A DNA stretch of 32,000 nt. Origin: Alkalilimnicola ehrlichii MLHE-1. Lineage in GTDB: Bacteria; Pseudomonadota; Gammaproteobacteria; Nitrococcales; Halorhodospiraceae. Every line of letters starts with the position of its first letter. Positions within the stretch are counted from its first letter, which is position 1. Positions 1-8,617 of this stretch are shown here, in pieces. The position numbers and the translations under genes were made by a program. Below the pieces are notes generated by a model, which worked only from the letters and a program-made list of their open reading frames with translations, did no database searches and had not been told where the DNA came from. The stretch is taken from positions 60,001 to 92,000 of the forward strand of contig NC_008340.1 of the NCBI RefSeq assembly GCF_000014785.1, in the 5' to 3' direction.

Positions 1-1389
1 GTGCTGGCGCCCCTGTCAGCGGACCGGGTCGCCGGTCAGCCGGTGGCGGAGGACCCGGATTACGCCTGGCTGGACGAGGAGCTGATAAAGGTCGGCTCCC
101 TGCAGCACGGCGGGATCGACTGGGCGGGCGCCGAGCGCCGGGCGATCCGGTTGCTGAGCGGGCTTGGCAAGGACCTCCGGGTGCTTGCGCACCTGCTCCA
201 TTGCCTGCAGCGGGAGGGCGACGCCACGCGTTTCGAACTGGCGCTGCTGCTGTTGCAGCGTTGTCTTGGCACCTGGTGGTCCGAGGCCCACCCGGCGCCC
301 GGGGACCGGGGGAGTCGTTGGCGTACCCGCCTGTTCAGCACCATCGTCCGGCGGGCGGCCGCCCTGGCGGAGGGACTGGAGGGCGCTGCCGCGCCGACCC
401 TCCGTCGGTGTCGGCATGCTGTCGATGGGCTGCGATCGGCAACGCAGGATGCCGGCCTGTCTCCGCACCCCCTGGCTGAACTGGACCAGGCGCTGGTCCG
501 CGTCACTCCGGCGCCTCGCACAGCCCCGCCGGCGGACGACCCGGGACAAGGCGAGCAGGCGCCCCGGCATCAGCCGCCCGCCCCGGAAAAGCCGTCGGCC
601 GGCGCGCGCATTCCGGAACTGCGGCCGGGCAACGAGCGAGCCAACCGCGAGGCCCTGCAGCGCGTGGCCGATCACCTGAACGACCAGAGCCCGGACCACC
701 CGCTGGGTTACCGGTTGCGCCGCTATGCGCTCTGGCGGTCCATCGACACGCTGCCCCCGGCCCGGGATGGTCAGCGCACCGAGCTGGCGCCTATGGCCGC
801 GGACCTCGCGGCCCGCTACCGCGAGGCCGTTCAGGGCCGTGGGGATCACGCCCTTTGGGCCCGCCTGGAACAGAGTCTGGCGGTCAGTCCCTTCTGGCTG
901 GAGGGCCATCGCCTGAGCGCCGAGATGGCGCGGCAGCTGGGCCATGAGCCCTGCGCCAGGGCCATCCGGGAGGAGACGGCCCATTTCATCGCCTGCCTTC
1001 CCGGTCTGGTGGACCTCCGGTTCAGTGACGGCAGCCCCTTCGCTGACGAGGCCACCCGGTGCTGGCTGGCAGAAGAGGCCGCCGCCGGGATTGCACAGAA
1101 CGGGGCCGGTGAACCCTGGGACCGGGCCCTGGCCGAAGCCCGGGAAAGCCTGGCGGAGGACGGACTGGCCGCGGCATTGGAACGGCTGGATCGCGGCCTC
1201 GCGGCGGCCGGGTCCCCGAGGGCATCCGCCTACTGGCGCCTGGCCAGTGCCGATCTGTTGCACCACGCGGGCCTACAGGCCCTGGCGCACCAGCAGTACC
1301 AGGCCGTGCACAGTGTCGTACGGGGGCTGGCACTGGAGCGGTGGGAACCGCACCTGGTCAAGCGCCTGGAGGCCATCGGTCCCCGGTGA
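1..1389 (+). CDS. tssA: Type VI secretion TssA-like protein (ImpA_N domain, VasJ-type); the 5' end may be cut by the window edge
   Basis: The ORF runs from base 1, and the GTG at 1 may not be the true start. The N-terminus LAPLSADRVAGQPVAEDPDYAWLDEEL fits the ImpA_N pattern. A Pro/Ala-rich linker follows. The C-terminal FWLEGHRLSAEMARQLGH...LPGLVDLRFSDGSPFADEATRCWL resembles VasJ-type TssA. The gene lies directly upstream of tssM. Confidence 0.8.
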   Translation: MLAPLSADRVAGQPVAEDPDYAWLDEELIKVGSLQHGGIDWAGAERRAIRLLSGLGKDLRVLAHLLHCLQREGDATRFELALLLLQRCLGTWWSEAHPAPGDRGSRWRTRLFSTIVRRAAALAEGLEGAAAPTLRRCRHAVDGLRSATQDAGLSPHPLAELDQALVRVTPAPRTAPPADDPGQGEQAPRHQPPAPEKPSAGARIPELRPGNERANREALQRVADHLNDQSPDHPLGYRLRRYALWRSIDTLPPARDGQRTELAPMAADLAARYREAVQGRGDHALWARLEQSLAVSPFWLEGHRLSAEMARQLGHEPCARAIREETAHFIACLPGLVDLRFSDGSPFADEATRCWLAEEAAAGIAQNGAGEPWDRALAEARESLAEDGLAAALERLDRGLAAAGSPRASAYWRLASADLLHHAGLQALAHQQYQAVHSVVRGLALERWEPHLVKRLEAIGPR

Positions 1390-1424
1390 GCACACCTCGA
1401 AAACCAATGCAGGAAGCAGAACGA

Positions 1425-4400
1425 ATGTCGGACAAGGCAAGGAATCGCGTGGCAGGACGCCTGCGCGGCACCATGGGCAGCGTAACGGGAGGGCGGGTCA
1501 GCCGCTATTCGGGGTGGGTGGGCGCGCTCCGTCGCGGGTGGCCCTGGGTCGTGGGGCTGCTGGGGATAGCATTGCTGGCGGTGGTCTGGATCTGGGGGCC
1601 GGCCTGGCAGATCGGTGGCGCCCGGCCCCTGGCCCCCTGGCCGAACCGGCTGCTGGTCATTCTCTGCGCGGTGCTGGTCGTGCTGGTGATTATTGGGCTC
1701 CGCCTCAGGGCCCGCCTGCGCGATGCCGAACCCCCCCGCGACGAGGCTGAGATCCCCGACCCGGTGGCCCAGGCAACCGCCGGGCAGGAGCAGGGCCTGA
1801 ATCATTGCTTGGACCAGTTGCGGCGCCAGCGCGGGCGCCACGCCCTGCAGGCATTGCCCTGGTACCTCGTGCTGGGTCCGGAGGGCAGCGGCAAGACCAG
1901 TCTGGTGCAGCGCTCGGGCCAGCGCTTTTCACTCACCCGGAGCCTCCACCCGCAGGGCGGTGAGGCCTCGGATAGCGGGCTGCGCTGCTGGGCCAGTGAC
2001 CGGGCCGTCACGCTGGAGCCCGGCGCCGCCTGGCTGTTGCAAGGGGGGTGGGACAGAGACGGTGCGGATGCCCTGAGCGCCTCCCTCTGGCAGCACCTGG
2101 TCGGCTGGCTGCAGCGGCGTCGCCCCCGACGGCCGCTCGACGGCGTGCTCCTGGTGCTGGACCTGTCCCGGCTCACCAGCGCCGGCGCCCGGGACGACTG
2201 GGGCGATGCCCTGCGCGAACGCCTGCAGGAGCTGACCACGACCTATCAGAGCCGGCTTCCGGTCTACGTGGTCTTCAGCCAGATGGATCGGTTGTACGGC
2301 TTTGACGCCTTCTTCCGGCACGCTGTCGGTGATGCCCGCTGCGAGCCATGGGGCTTCTCCTTCAGCGCCGGCAGCCTGGCCGACCCGGACGCCTGGGAGG
2401 AGGAGTTCACCGGCGCCTACCGACGCATGCTCGGCCGCATCGAACGGCAACTGGTCGCATGGCTGGCCGCGTGTCGTGATCAGGGCGAACGGGAGGCCCT
2501 TTTCCGCTTCTCCCGACAGCTGGCCGGTCTCGAGCCCCTCCTGAGCGAAACCCTGCAACGGGTGCTCGGCAGCCGGCGTTATGCCGTTGAACCGCTGGTG
2601 CGCGGGGTGTACTTCGCCTCGCTCGGCCAGCAGGGGGTGCCCATCGATGCCTTTGCCGACGCGGCCACCGCCCGCTATCGCCTGCCCGACCTGGTGCACC
2701 GTGCCCGCCGCAATGGCCAGCAGTCGCTGGCCTGGTTCTCGGAGCGGTTGCTGCAGCGGGTGGTCTTCCCCGAGGCCGGCCTTGCCGGGGACAGCCTCCG
2801 CTTCGTCCGCCGCCGGCGTTGGCTGCGCGGTGCCGGCCTGGTGTTCTCCCTGGCAGGGCTGAGCGGATTGGTCATCGGCTGGGGGCACTACTATCAGCAC
2901 AATCTCGTGGCCCTGCAGGCCGTGGAGGCGAGGGCGGAGGCCCTGGCGGACCTGCGACCGGCGCAGGAGCACCTCGACGACCCCAGCGGCCAGCACCTGG
3001 TGCCGGCGCTGGATGAGCTCCGCGAGGTCGCCGGCGTCTTTGACGGACCCCGCGGGGCGTGGGCAGGCCTGGCGGATATGGGGCTCTACCAGGGGCACAG
3101 GGTCGGTGATGCCATGGACCAGGCGTACCTGGACGCGCTCCGCTACCGGTTCCTGCCGGCCCTGATGCTCGGCATTGCCGACGAGATGAACACGCTGGCA
3201 CCGGGGAGCGAGGAGCAGCTCGTCCGGCTCCGCGTCCTGCGCATGCTCGCCGATGCCCGCGGACGGGAACCGGATCGGGTGCGGGACTATATGGCCGATC
3301 GCTGGCAGGCGCTGTTGCCCAACCGGGGGCGGCTGCAGGGCCGGCTGCTGGAGCACCTGGACCATGCCCTCGTCCATACCGACCTGGCGGGCCGGCAGGC
3401 GCACGATCCCCGCGCGGCGGCCGCGCTGGCGCCGGTGGCCGGCAGCATCCGGAAGGCCCAGCAGGCGTTCTCCCGCAGTCCGGTGGATGAGCGGGTCTAT
3501 ACCCTCCTGAAGCGCCGCGGGCAGGACCGAGCCGGTGGCGGCGTAAGGCTGGACCGCAGCGTTGGGTCGGGTTGGGGCACGGTCTTCCGCGCCGATGACG
3601 ATGATCCGGACGGGGTGACCGTATCGCCGCTGCTGACCCGTGACGGCTTTGAGCAGGTCTTTCTCGGAGAGTTGGACGGCGCCACGGTCCTCGCCCTGAA
3701 CGACCTCTGGGTGCTGGGCGAGCGGGACGACCCGCAGTTCAGCGAGCGCGACGAGCAGCGCTTGCGGGAGGCCCTGCGTGAGCAGTATGTGGCCGACTTC
3801 CACGCCGGTTGGCGCCGAGCCCTGGGTAACATCCATCTCACCGATCTGGAGAGTATTCCCCACGCCGTGATCGTCATCGACGCGCTGCTGGGGGGCGGCC
3901 GTCCGCTGGAACGCCTGCTGGCCGAGATCGAGCGCCACACCCGACTCTACCCCGAACTCCCGGTGGATGACGACGTGGCCCGGGACCGGCTCAGGGGCTC
4001 GTCGCGCTACCGGCTGGCCGGGAAGCTGGCCGCGCCCTTCCAACCCCTCCACGCCCTGCATCGGAAGGGGGAGGAGGCGGACGGCGATCTGGCCGCCGTC
4101 CGGGCCGCACTGGGGGCATTGCGAGACCATCTGCGGGCGGTGGAGCAGTCCAGCGAGCCGGGGCGCATCGCCTACCGTCACGCCCGCAACCGGCTACTGC
4201 AGGACAGCGGGGATCCGGTGGACCGGGTGGAGCGGCTGGCCGAAGAGTTGCCTGCCCCGTTGGATGGATTCATGGCGGGTATCGCCGAGCAGAGCTGGCG
4301 GCTGATCAGTGGTGAGGCCATCCGGTACCTGGAGCAGCAGTGGCTGGACGAGGTGATTGCCCCGTTTGAGGCGGATCTGGCCGGCCGTTACCCGCTGGAA

Positions 4401-5042
4401 CCGAACGCCCGGCGGGAGGTGGCGCTGGAGGACTTCGAGCGCTTCTTTGCGGCGGGCGGCACCCTGGACAGCTTCTTCATGGACAAACTGCAGCCCTTCC
4501 TCGACGAGGCCCCGGAACTGCTGGAGGGGCCCGACGGGCGTTCGCTGCTCAATCCCCGGTTGCGGACGGCGCTGGAGCGGGCGGAGCGGATCCGGGAGGC
4601 CTACTTTGGCCGGGACGGGCTGCTGGATGTCGGTTTCACCCTGGCCCCGGTGAGCCTCAGCGGTGACAAGCGGCGTAGCGTGCTCAACGTGGACGGGCAG
4701 ATTCTGGAGTATCGCCACGGCGCCCCCCAGCGGGTCGCCATGCTCTGGCCCAACAGCCTGCGTCAGACCAATGAAAGCGGGATCACGCTGGTACCCGACC
4801 GCGTCAACCGTTCGCCGCGCAGCGAACGCCACCAGGGGGCCTGGGCCTGGTTCCGCCTGCTCGACGAAGCCCGTGTGGTGGCGGTGGGCGAGCGGGAGCT
4901 GCGGCTCAGCTTCCAGGTGGATGGCGGGGAGATGAGCTACCGCCTGACCGCGGACCGGACCCGCAATCCGTTCACCCGGCCGCTGACCCGGGGGTACACG
5001 GTGCCTGCCACCCTGTACCGCAACGGGGTCGGCGGACGCTGA
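1425..5042 (+). CDS. tssM: Type VI secretion membrane subunit TssM (IcmF/VasK family)
   Basis: The long ORF is tracked from 1341. I prefer ATG 1425 because AGGAAG lies 9-14 nt upstream and it starts 36 nt after the tssA stop, whereas 1341 overlaps tssA. There are two N-terminal hydrophobic helices (VVGLLGIALLAVVWIW, LLVILCAVLVVLVIIGL), a Walker A LGPEGSGKTSL, and a third TM (GLVFSLAGLSGLVIGW). A long periplasmic IcmF-type region follows. Confidence 0.95.
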   Translation: MSDKARNRVAGRLRGTMGSVTGGRVSRYSGWVGALRRGWPWVVGLLGIALLAVVWIWGPAWQIGGARPLAPWPNRLLVILCAVLVVLVIIGLRLRARLRDAEPPRDEAEIPDPVAQATAGQEQGLNHCLDQLRRQRGRHALQALPWYLVLGPEGSGKTSLVQRSGQRFSLTRSLHPQGGEASDSGLRCWASDRAVTLEPGAAWLLQGGWDRDGADALSASLWQHLVGWLQRRRPRRPLDGVLLVLDLSRLTSAGARDDWGDALRERLQELTTTYQSRLPVYVVFSQMDRLYGFDAFFRHAVGDARCEPWGFSFSAGSLADPDAWEEEFTGAYRRMLGRIERQLVAWLAACRDQGEREALFRFSRQLAGLEPLLSETLQRVLGSRRYAVEPLVRGVYFASLGQQGVPIDAFADAATARYRLPDLVHRARRNGQQSLAWFSERLLQRVVFPEAGLAGDSLRFVRRRRWLRGAGLVFSLAGLSGLVIGWGHYYQHNLVALQAVEARAEALADLRPAQEHLDDPSGQHLVPALDELREVAGVFDGPRGAWAGLADMGLYQGHRVGDAMDQAYLDALRYRFLPALMLGIADEMNTLAPGSEEQLVRLRVLRMLADARGREPDRVRDYMADRWQALLPNRGRLQGRLLEHLDHALVHTDLAGRQAHDPRAAAALAPVAGSIRKAQQAFSRSPVDERVYTLLKRRGQDRAGGGVRLDRSVGSGWGTVFRADDDDPDGVTVSPLLTRDGFEQVFLGELDGATVLALNDLWVLGERDDPQFSERDEQRLREALREQYVADFHAGWRRALGNIHLTDLESIPHAVIVIDALLGGGRPLERLLAEIERHTRLYPELPVDDDVARDRLRGSSRYRLAGKLAAPFQPLHALHRKGEEADGDLAAVRAALGALRDHLRAVEQSSEPGRIAYRHARNRLLQDSGDPVDRVERLAEELPAPLDGFMAGIAEQSWRLISGEAIRYLEQQWLDEVIAPFEADLAGRYPLEPNARREVALEDFERFFAAGGTLDSFFMDKLQPFLDEAPELLEGPDGRSLLNPRLRTALERAERIREAYFGRDGLLDVGFTLAPVSLSGDKRRSVLNVDGQILEYRHGAPQRVAMLWPNSLRQTNESGITLVPDRVNRSPRSERHQGAWAWFRLLDEARVVAVGERELRLSFQVDGGEMSYRLTADRTRNPFTRPLTRGYTVPATLYRNGVGGR

Positions 5043-5207
5043 TGGTCCGTGCCGGATGGCGATGCGGGCCGGCGGACCGGGCCAGATATTGCAAGCCGGC
5101 CAGGTTTGGCCCGGGTTCATGGCAATGATTGGCCCGGTCAGCCGGCAGGCCGCTGGGGCAATTCCGCAGGTGGTTGTTTGGCAACCATTCGTCCCGATTG
5201 TCGTGCC

Positions 5208-5223
5208 TGGCATGACAACTGCA
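5208..5223 (+). promoter_or_regulatory. Putative sigma54 (-24/-12) promoter upstream of hcp
   Basis: TGGCATgacaaCTGCA matches the consensus TGGCAC-N5-TTGCA. The GG and GC dinucleotides are at the correct spacing. The -12 element lies about 60 nt upstream of the hcp ATG. Confidence 0.45.
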
Positions 5224-5284
5224 ATAGCTGGCTGTCCCTGCGGGGATCGAACCCATTAACCCCATCACAGAAGGAAGGGAATCC

Positions 5285-5803
5285 ATGCCAACACCTTGCT
5301 ATGTCAGCATCCAGGGCCAGACCCAGGGCAACATCACTGCCGGTGCCTTCACCCCCGACTCCGTGGGCAATATCTACGTCGAGGGCCATGAGGACGAGAT
5401 GCTCGTTCAGGAGGTCAAGCACGTGGTCACCGTGCCCACGGACCCCCAGTCGGGTCAGCCCTCGGGCCAGCGGGCGCACAAACCGCTGATCCTCACGGTG
5501 GCGCTCAATAAGTCGGTGCCGCTGCTCTACAATGCCCTGGCCGCCGGCGAGATGCTGCCCGAGGTGGTACTGCGCTGGTATCGCACCTCCACCGACGGCA
5601 AGCAGGAGCATTTCTTCACCACCACCCTCACCGATGCCACCATCGTGGACATCGACCTCACCATGCCCCACGCCCAGGACACCGCCAAGGCCGAGTTCAC
5701 CCAGCTCATGGACGTCAGCCTGGCCTACCGCAAGATCGACTGGGAGCACACCGTCGCCGGCACCTCCGGTGCCGACGACTGGCGCTCTCCGGTGGAGTCC
5801 TGA
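5285..5803 (+). CDS. hcp: Type VI secretion tube protein Hcp (TssD)
   Basis: 172 aa. MPTPCYVSIQGQTQGNITAGAF...EGHEDEMLVQEVKHVVTVPTDPQSGQPSGQRAHKPLILTVALNKSVPLLYNAL...VSLAYRKIDWEH is a typical Hcp1-family sequence. A strong RBS (AAGGAAGGGA) precedes the ATG. Confidence 0.95.
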   Translation: MPTPCYVSIQGQTQGNITAGAFTPDSVGNIYVEGHEDEMLVQEVKHVVTVPTDPQSGQPSGQRAHKPLILTVALNKSVPLLYNALAAGEMLPEVVLRWYRTSTDGKQEHFFTTTLTDATIVDIDLTMPHAQDTAKAEFTQLMDVSLAYRKIDWEHTVAGTSGADDWRSPVES

Positions 5804-5810
5804 CCGGACG

Positions 5811-5831
5811 CGGGGCGCTATCGGCGCCCCG
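5811..5831 (+). terminator. GC-rich hairpin just after hcp (possible attenuator or partial terminator)
   Basis: CGGGGCGC-tatcg-GCGCCCCG forms an 8-bp perfect stem starting 8 nt after the hcp stop. It is followed by ttccattcc, a weak U-tract. Confidence 0.3.
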
Positions 5832-5889
5832 TTCCATTCCCAACAGGACGTACCCGTGACCAGGGACACGCTTACAGGGAGGTTTTGCC

Positions 5890-6189
5890 ATGAGCCGCCA
5901 AGTCATGCTGGTCGGCGACAAGGACACCGGCCACGGCAGTTGCCCACCGACCGCGATCACCTCCGGCAGCCCCACCGTGCAGATCAATGGCCGAGCGGTC
6001 GCACGCCAGGGCGACCCGCTGGCCCCCCACCGCAAACCCAAAGGCTCGACCCACGGGCGCCACATCGCCAGTGGCGAGCCCACCTGCCTGGTGGACGGCA
6101 GACCCATCGCCCTGACCGGCCACCCCGTCAACTGCGGCGGAAGCCTGGTGGCCGGGGCTGGGCAGGGGGTGACCGTGGGTTCCGTGTGA
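5890..6189 (+). CDS. PAAR-domain protein (T6SS spike tip) with no C-terminal toxin extension
   Basis: 99 aa. GDKDTGHGSCPP...SGSPTVQINGRAVARQGDPLAPH...HGRHIASGEPTCLVDGRPIALTGHPVNCGG shows the PAAR-repeat pattern of G/H/C-rich beta turns. A GGGAGG RBS is present. Confidence 0.9.
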   Translation: MSRQVMLVGDKDTGHGSCPPTAITSGSPTVQINGRAVARQGDPLAPHRKPKGSTHGRHIASGEPTCLVDGRPIALTGHPVNCGGSLVAGAGQGVTVGSV

Positions 6190-6331
6190 TCGGTTTTGCG
6201 GGCTTTCAGCTGCCTACACCGGCAAGGCCTTTGCACCTTGAGCTGACAAGCGGGTATTTCTTCTCCGATGGGACGGGCACCGCGGCGCCCGCCACGCTAA
6301 GTATTGGCTTTGATATTGGGGTGACACCCGT

Positions 6332-6931
6332 TTGAAGAGATTGTTTCTCCTCCTGCTTCTGGTCTCTTGGGGCGCATGTGCCGGAGACCCGGATACGCCT
6401 GAGGCGAATCCCGAGACGTATGTCGCGCAGGCGACCGCGATCCTCGTCGAGGGCAGGGGGAGCGAAGCGGCTCGCACCCGTGCTCTGGACGTTTATGATG
6501 TTGCAGTCTCGCGTTTCCCGGATGATGCACGGCTGTTGTTGAGCAGGGCGCAGTTGCTGGCCAAACAACAACGATATGAAGCTGCCCGGGAGGACATGGA
6601 TCGGGCACATACCGCAGATTCATTGCCTGTCGAGGCAAAGCTGTTTCGCTGCATGCTCCACGAGCGATTGGCGGAAGCCCGACCAGAGGCTGTTCTTCCC
6701 TGTTATCGCGAGGTCCTGCATTTGTACGAACAGCGCCTCCGGGAGACGCCGGCTGCGCCCGATGCAAACCACGTATTGAGTGCACTACTGGCGGAGTCTG
6801 ATGATGCCGAGATATTACTTCAGCGCTTCACGGAAGAGGCCGACCCGATCCAGCAGGACCTGTTCGGTGAGGGTTTTGAACTCCGTGCATTCGATCGCAC
6901 CGAGTGGATAAACCGGCTCTTTCCCGAGTGA
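6332..6931 (+). CDS. Hypothetical lipoprotein with TPR/Sel1-like helical repeats (function unknown)
   Basis: TTG start. The N-terminus MKRLFLLLLLVSWGAC is a lipoprotein-type signal peptide with a lipobox-like WGAC. The mature part is helical with TPR-like segments (ARLLLSRAQLLAKQQRYEAAREDMDRA). GC is visibly lower than in the flanks. Confidence 0.7.
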   Translation: MKRLFLLLLLVSWGACAGDPDTPEANPETYVAQATAILVEGRGSEAARTRALDVYDVAVSRFPDDARLLLSRAQLLAKQQRYEAAREDMDRAHTADSLPVEAKLFRCMLHERLAEARPEAVLPCYREVLHLYEQRLRETPAAPDANHVLSALLAESDDAEILLQRFTEEADPIQQDLFGEGFELRAFDRTEWINRLFPE

Positions 6932-7015
6932 CAAGTCGACAGACCCTGGTTTGACGCCACCCCGCTGCAGGCTGAGGGGGTTCCCGCCGCCGCGCCTCTG
7001 CGCTTTAATGGGGGT

Positions 7016-7855
7016 ATGAAAGTCCGTTTCACCAAGATGCAGGGGCTGGGCAACGACTTCGTGGTCATCGACGCTGTGCGCCAGCCCGTCGAGCCCAGCC
7101 CGGAGCAGATCCGCCACATCGCCGACCGCCGTTACGGCGTCGGCTGCGACCAGGTCCTGCTGGCGACACCGGCGCGGCGCAGCCAGGCCGATTTTGGCTA
7201 TCTCATCTTCAACCCGGACGGCAGCCAGGCCGAGCATTGCGGCAACGGGGTGCGCTGCCTGGCCCGCTTTCTCGATGATCGCGGCCTGGTGCCCGCCGGC
7301 CGCCACGAGTTGGTGATCGAGACGATCAACGGCCTCTCCCGGGTGCGTCTGTGCGACGACGGTCCGGTCACCGTGGACATGGGGGCGCCGGTGCTGGAGC
7401 CACCCCACATCCCCTTCCGGGCGCCCAGCCGGGCGCGGGAGTACGAGCTGGAGGTGGAGGGCCAGGTGGTGCGCCTGGGTGCGGTCTCCATGGGCAATCC
7501 CCACGCCGTGCTGCGGGTGGATGACGTGGACAGTGCGCCGGTGGAGACCTTGGGCCCGGCCATCGAATCCCATTCCCGCTTTCCGCGCCGGGTCAATGTC
7601 GGCTTCATGCAGGTGCTCACCCCGACCCACATCCGCCTGCGGGTCTACGAACGGGGCGCCGGTGAGACCCTGGCCTGCGGCACCGGCGCCTGCGCCGCGG
7701 TCGTCTCCGGGCGGCTGCGCGGCTGGTTGGAGGAGGCGGTGGACGTGGACCTGCCCGGCGGACGCCTCGTGATACACTGGGCCGGCGACGGTGAACACGT
7801 CTGGATGACCGGCCCGGCGGAGACGGTATTCGAGGGGGAGATCCGTCTCGATTGA
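7016..7855 (+). CDS. dapF: Diaminopimelate epimerase
   Basis: [20 protein letters not shown] at the N-terminus. Both catalytic Cys contexts are present (EHCGNGVRC and [10 protein letters not shown]). Confidence 0.97.
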   Translation: MKVRFTKMQGLGNDFVVIDAVRQPVEPSPEQIRHIADRRYGVGCDQVLLATPARRSQADFGYLIFNPDGSQAEHCGNGVRCLARFLDDRGLVPAGRHELVIETINGLSRVRLCDDGPVTVDMGAPVLEPPHIPFRAPSRAREYELEVEGQVVRLGAVSMGNPHAVLRVDDVDSAPVETLGPAIESHSRFPRRVNVGFMQVLTPTHIRLRVYERGAGETLACGTGACAAVVSGRLRGWLEEAVDVDLPGGRLVIHWAGDGEHVWMTGPAETVFEGEIRLD

Positions 7856-7912
7856 CGATCGGGGCCGCGGGACTCTTGCGCCGGCAGCGCGCCGGCTTTG
7901 GGGCATCAATCT

Positions 7913-8611
7913 ATGCAGCAGACCAATCCTGAACCGCAGCTCACCGACGAGGACGTGGCCGCCTGGCTGGAGGCCGATCCGCAGTTCCTGTTGCGCCATC
8001 CCGGCGTCATGCGCCGGCTGGAGCTGCGCCACGATTGCGCGCCGGCGGTCTCGCTGATCGAGCGCCAGGTGCAGCTCCTGCGCCACGACAATGAGCGGCT
8101 GCGCGCGGAGCTGAAAGACCTGCTGGCGGTGGCCCGCTACAACGACCGGATCGGTGCCCGTCTGCACCAGCTCACCCTGGAGCTCATGCGCGCTGACGCC
8201 CTCGGTGCGGTGGTGGAGGCCTTGCGGGCCGGGTTGCGCGAGGGCTTCCAGGCCGATGCGGTGGCGCTGCTGCTGCTCGGCGAGCCGGAACAGGCCGGGG
8301 CCCTGCCGGTGCCCTGCCTGCCGGAGGACGACGATCGGCTCGCCTGTCTCAACAGCTTCATCATGGATCGCCGTCCGCGCTGCGGTCGGATGCAGCCGGA
8401 GCAGCTCGAACGGCTGTTCGGTACCAGCGCTGCCCGAATCAACTCGGCGGCCATCGTGCCGTTGATCGCCGAGCGGGGGGTGCAGGGCCTGCTCGGGATC
8501 GGCAGCCACCTGGCCGACCGCTTCCACGAGGGCCAGGGTACGGTCTACCTTGGCCAGTTGGGCAGCCTGGCCGGCGAGGCGCTGGCGGCGCACCGCCGCC
8601 GCGACGCCTGA
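7913..8611 (+). CDS. DUF484 (YigA-like) protein
   Basis: DEDVAAWLEADPQFLLRHP...LIERQVQLLR is a typical DUF484 N-terminus and coiled coil. The position between dapF and xerC is conserved. I prefer ATG 7913; the tracked TTG 7898 is an alternative. Confidence 0.85.
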   Translation: MQQTNPEPQLTDEDVAAWLEADPQFLLRHPGVMRRLELRHDCAPAVSLIERQVQLLRHDNERLRAELKDLLAVARYNDRIGARLHQLTLELMRADALGAVVEALRAGLREGFQADAVALLLLGEPEQAGALPVPCLPEDDDRLACLNSFIMDRRPRCGRMQPEQLERLFGTSAARINSAAIVPLIAERGVQGLLGIGSHLADRFHEGQGTVYLGQLGSLAGEALAAHRRRDA

Positions 8612-8617
8612 TCCGCC

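Noticed and set aside
1929-4181. 750-aa minus-strand ORF inside tssM, plus 16..1266 opposite tssA and 4194..5213 opposite the tssM 3' end
   Set aside because: These are antisense to strongly supported T6SS genes. They show no motifs and have biased Gly/Pro/Arg/Gln composition.
5049-5489. ORFs of 146 aa and 67 aa (5056..5259) starting in the tssM-hcp spacer
   Set aside because: The longer one overlaps hcp out of frame. Neither has an RBS or protein-like composition. The spacer is better explained as the hcp promoter region.
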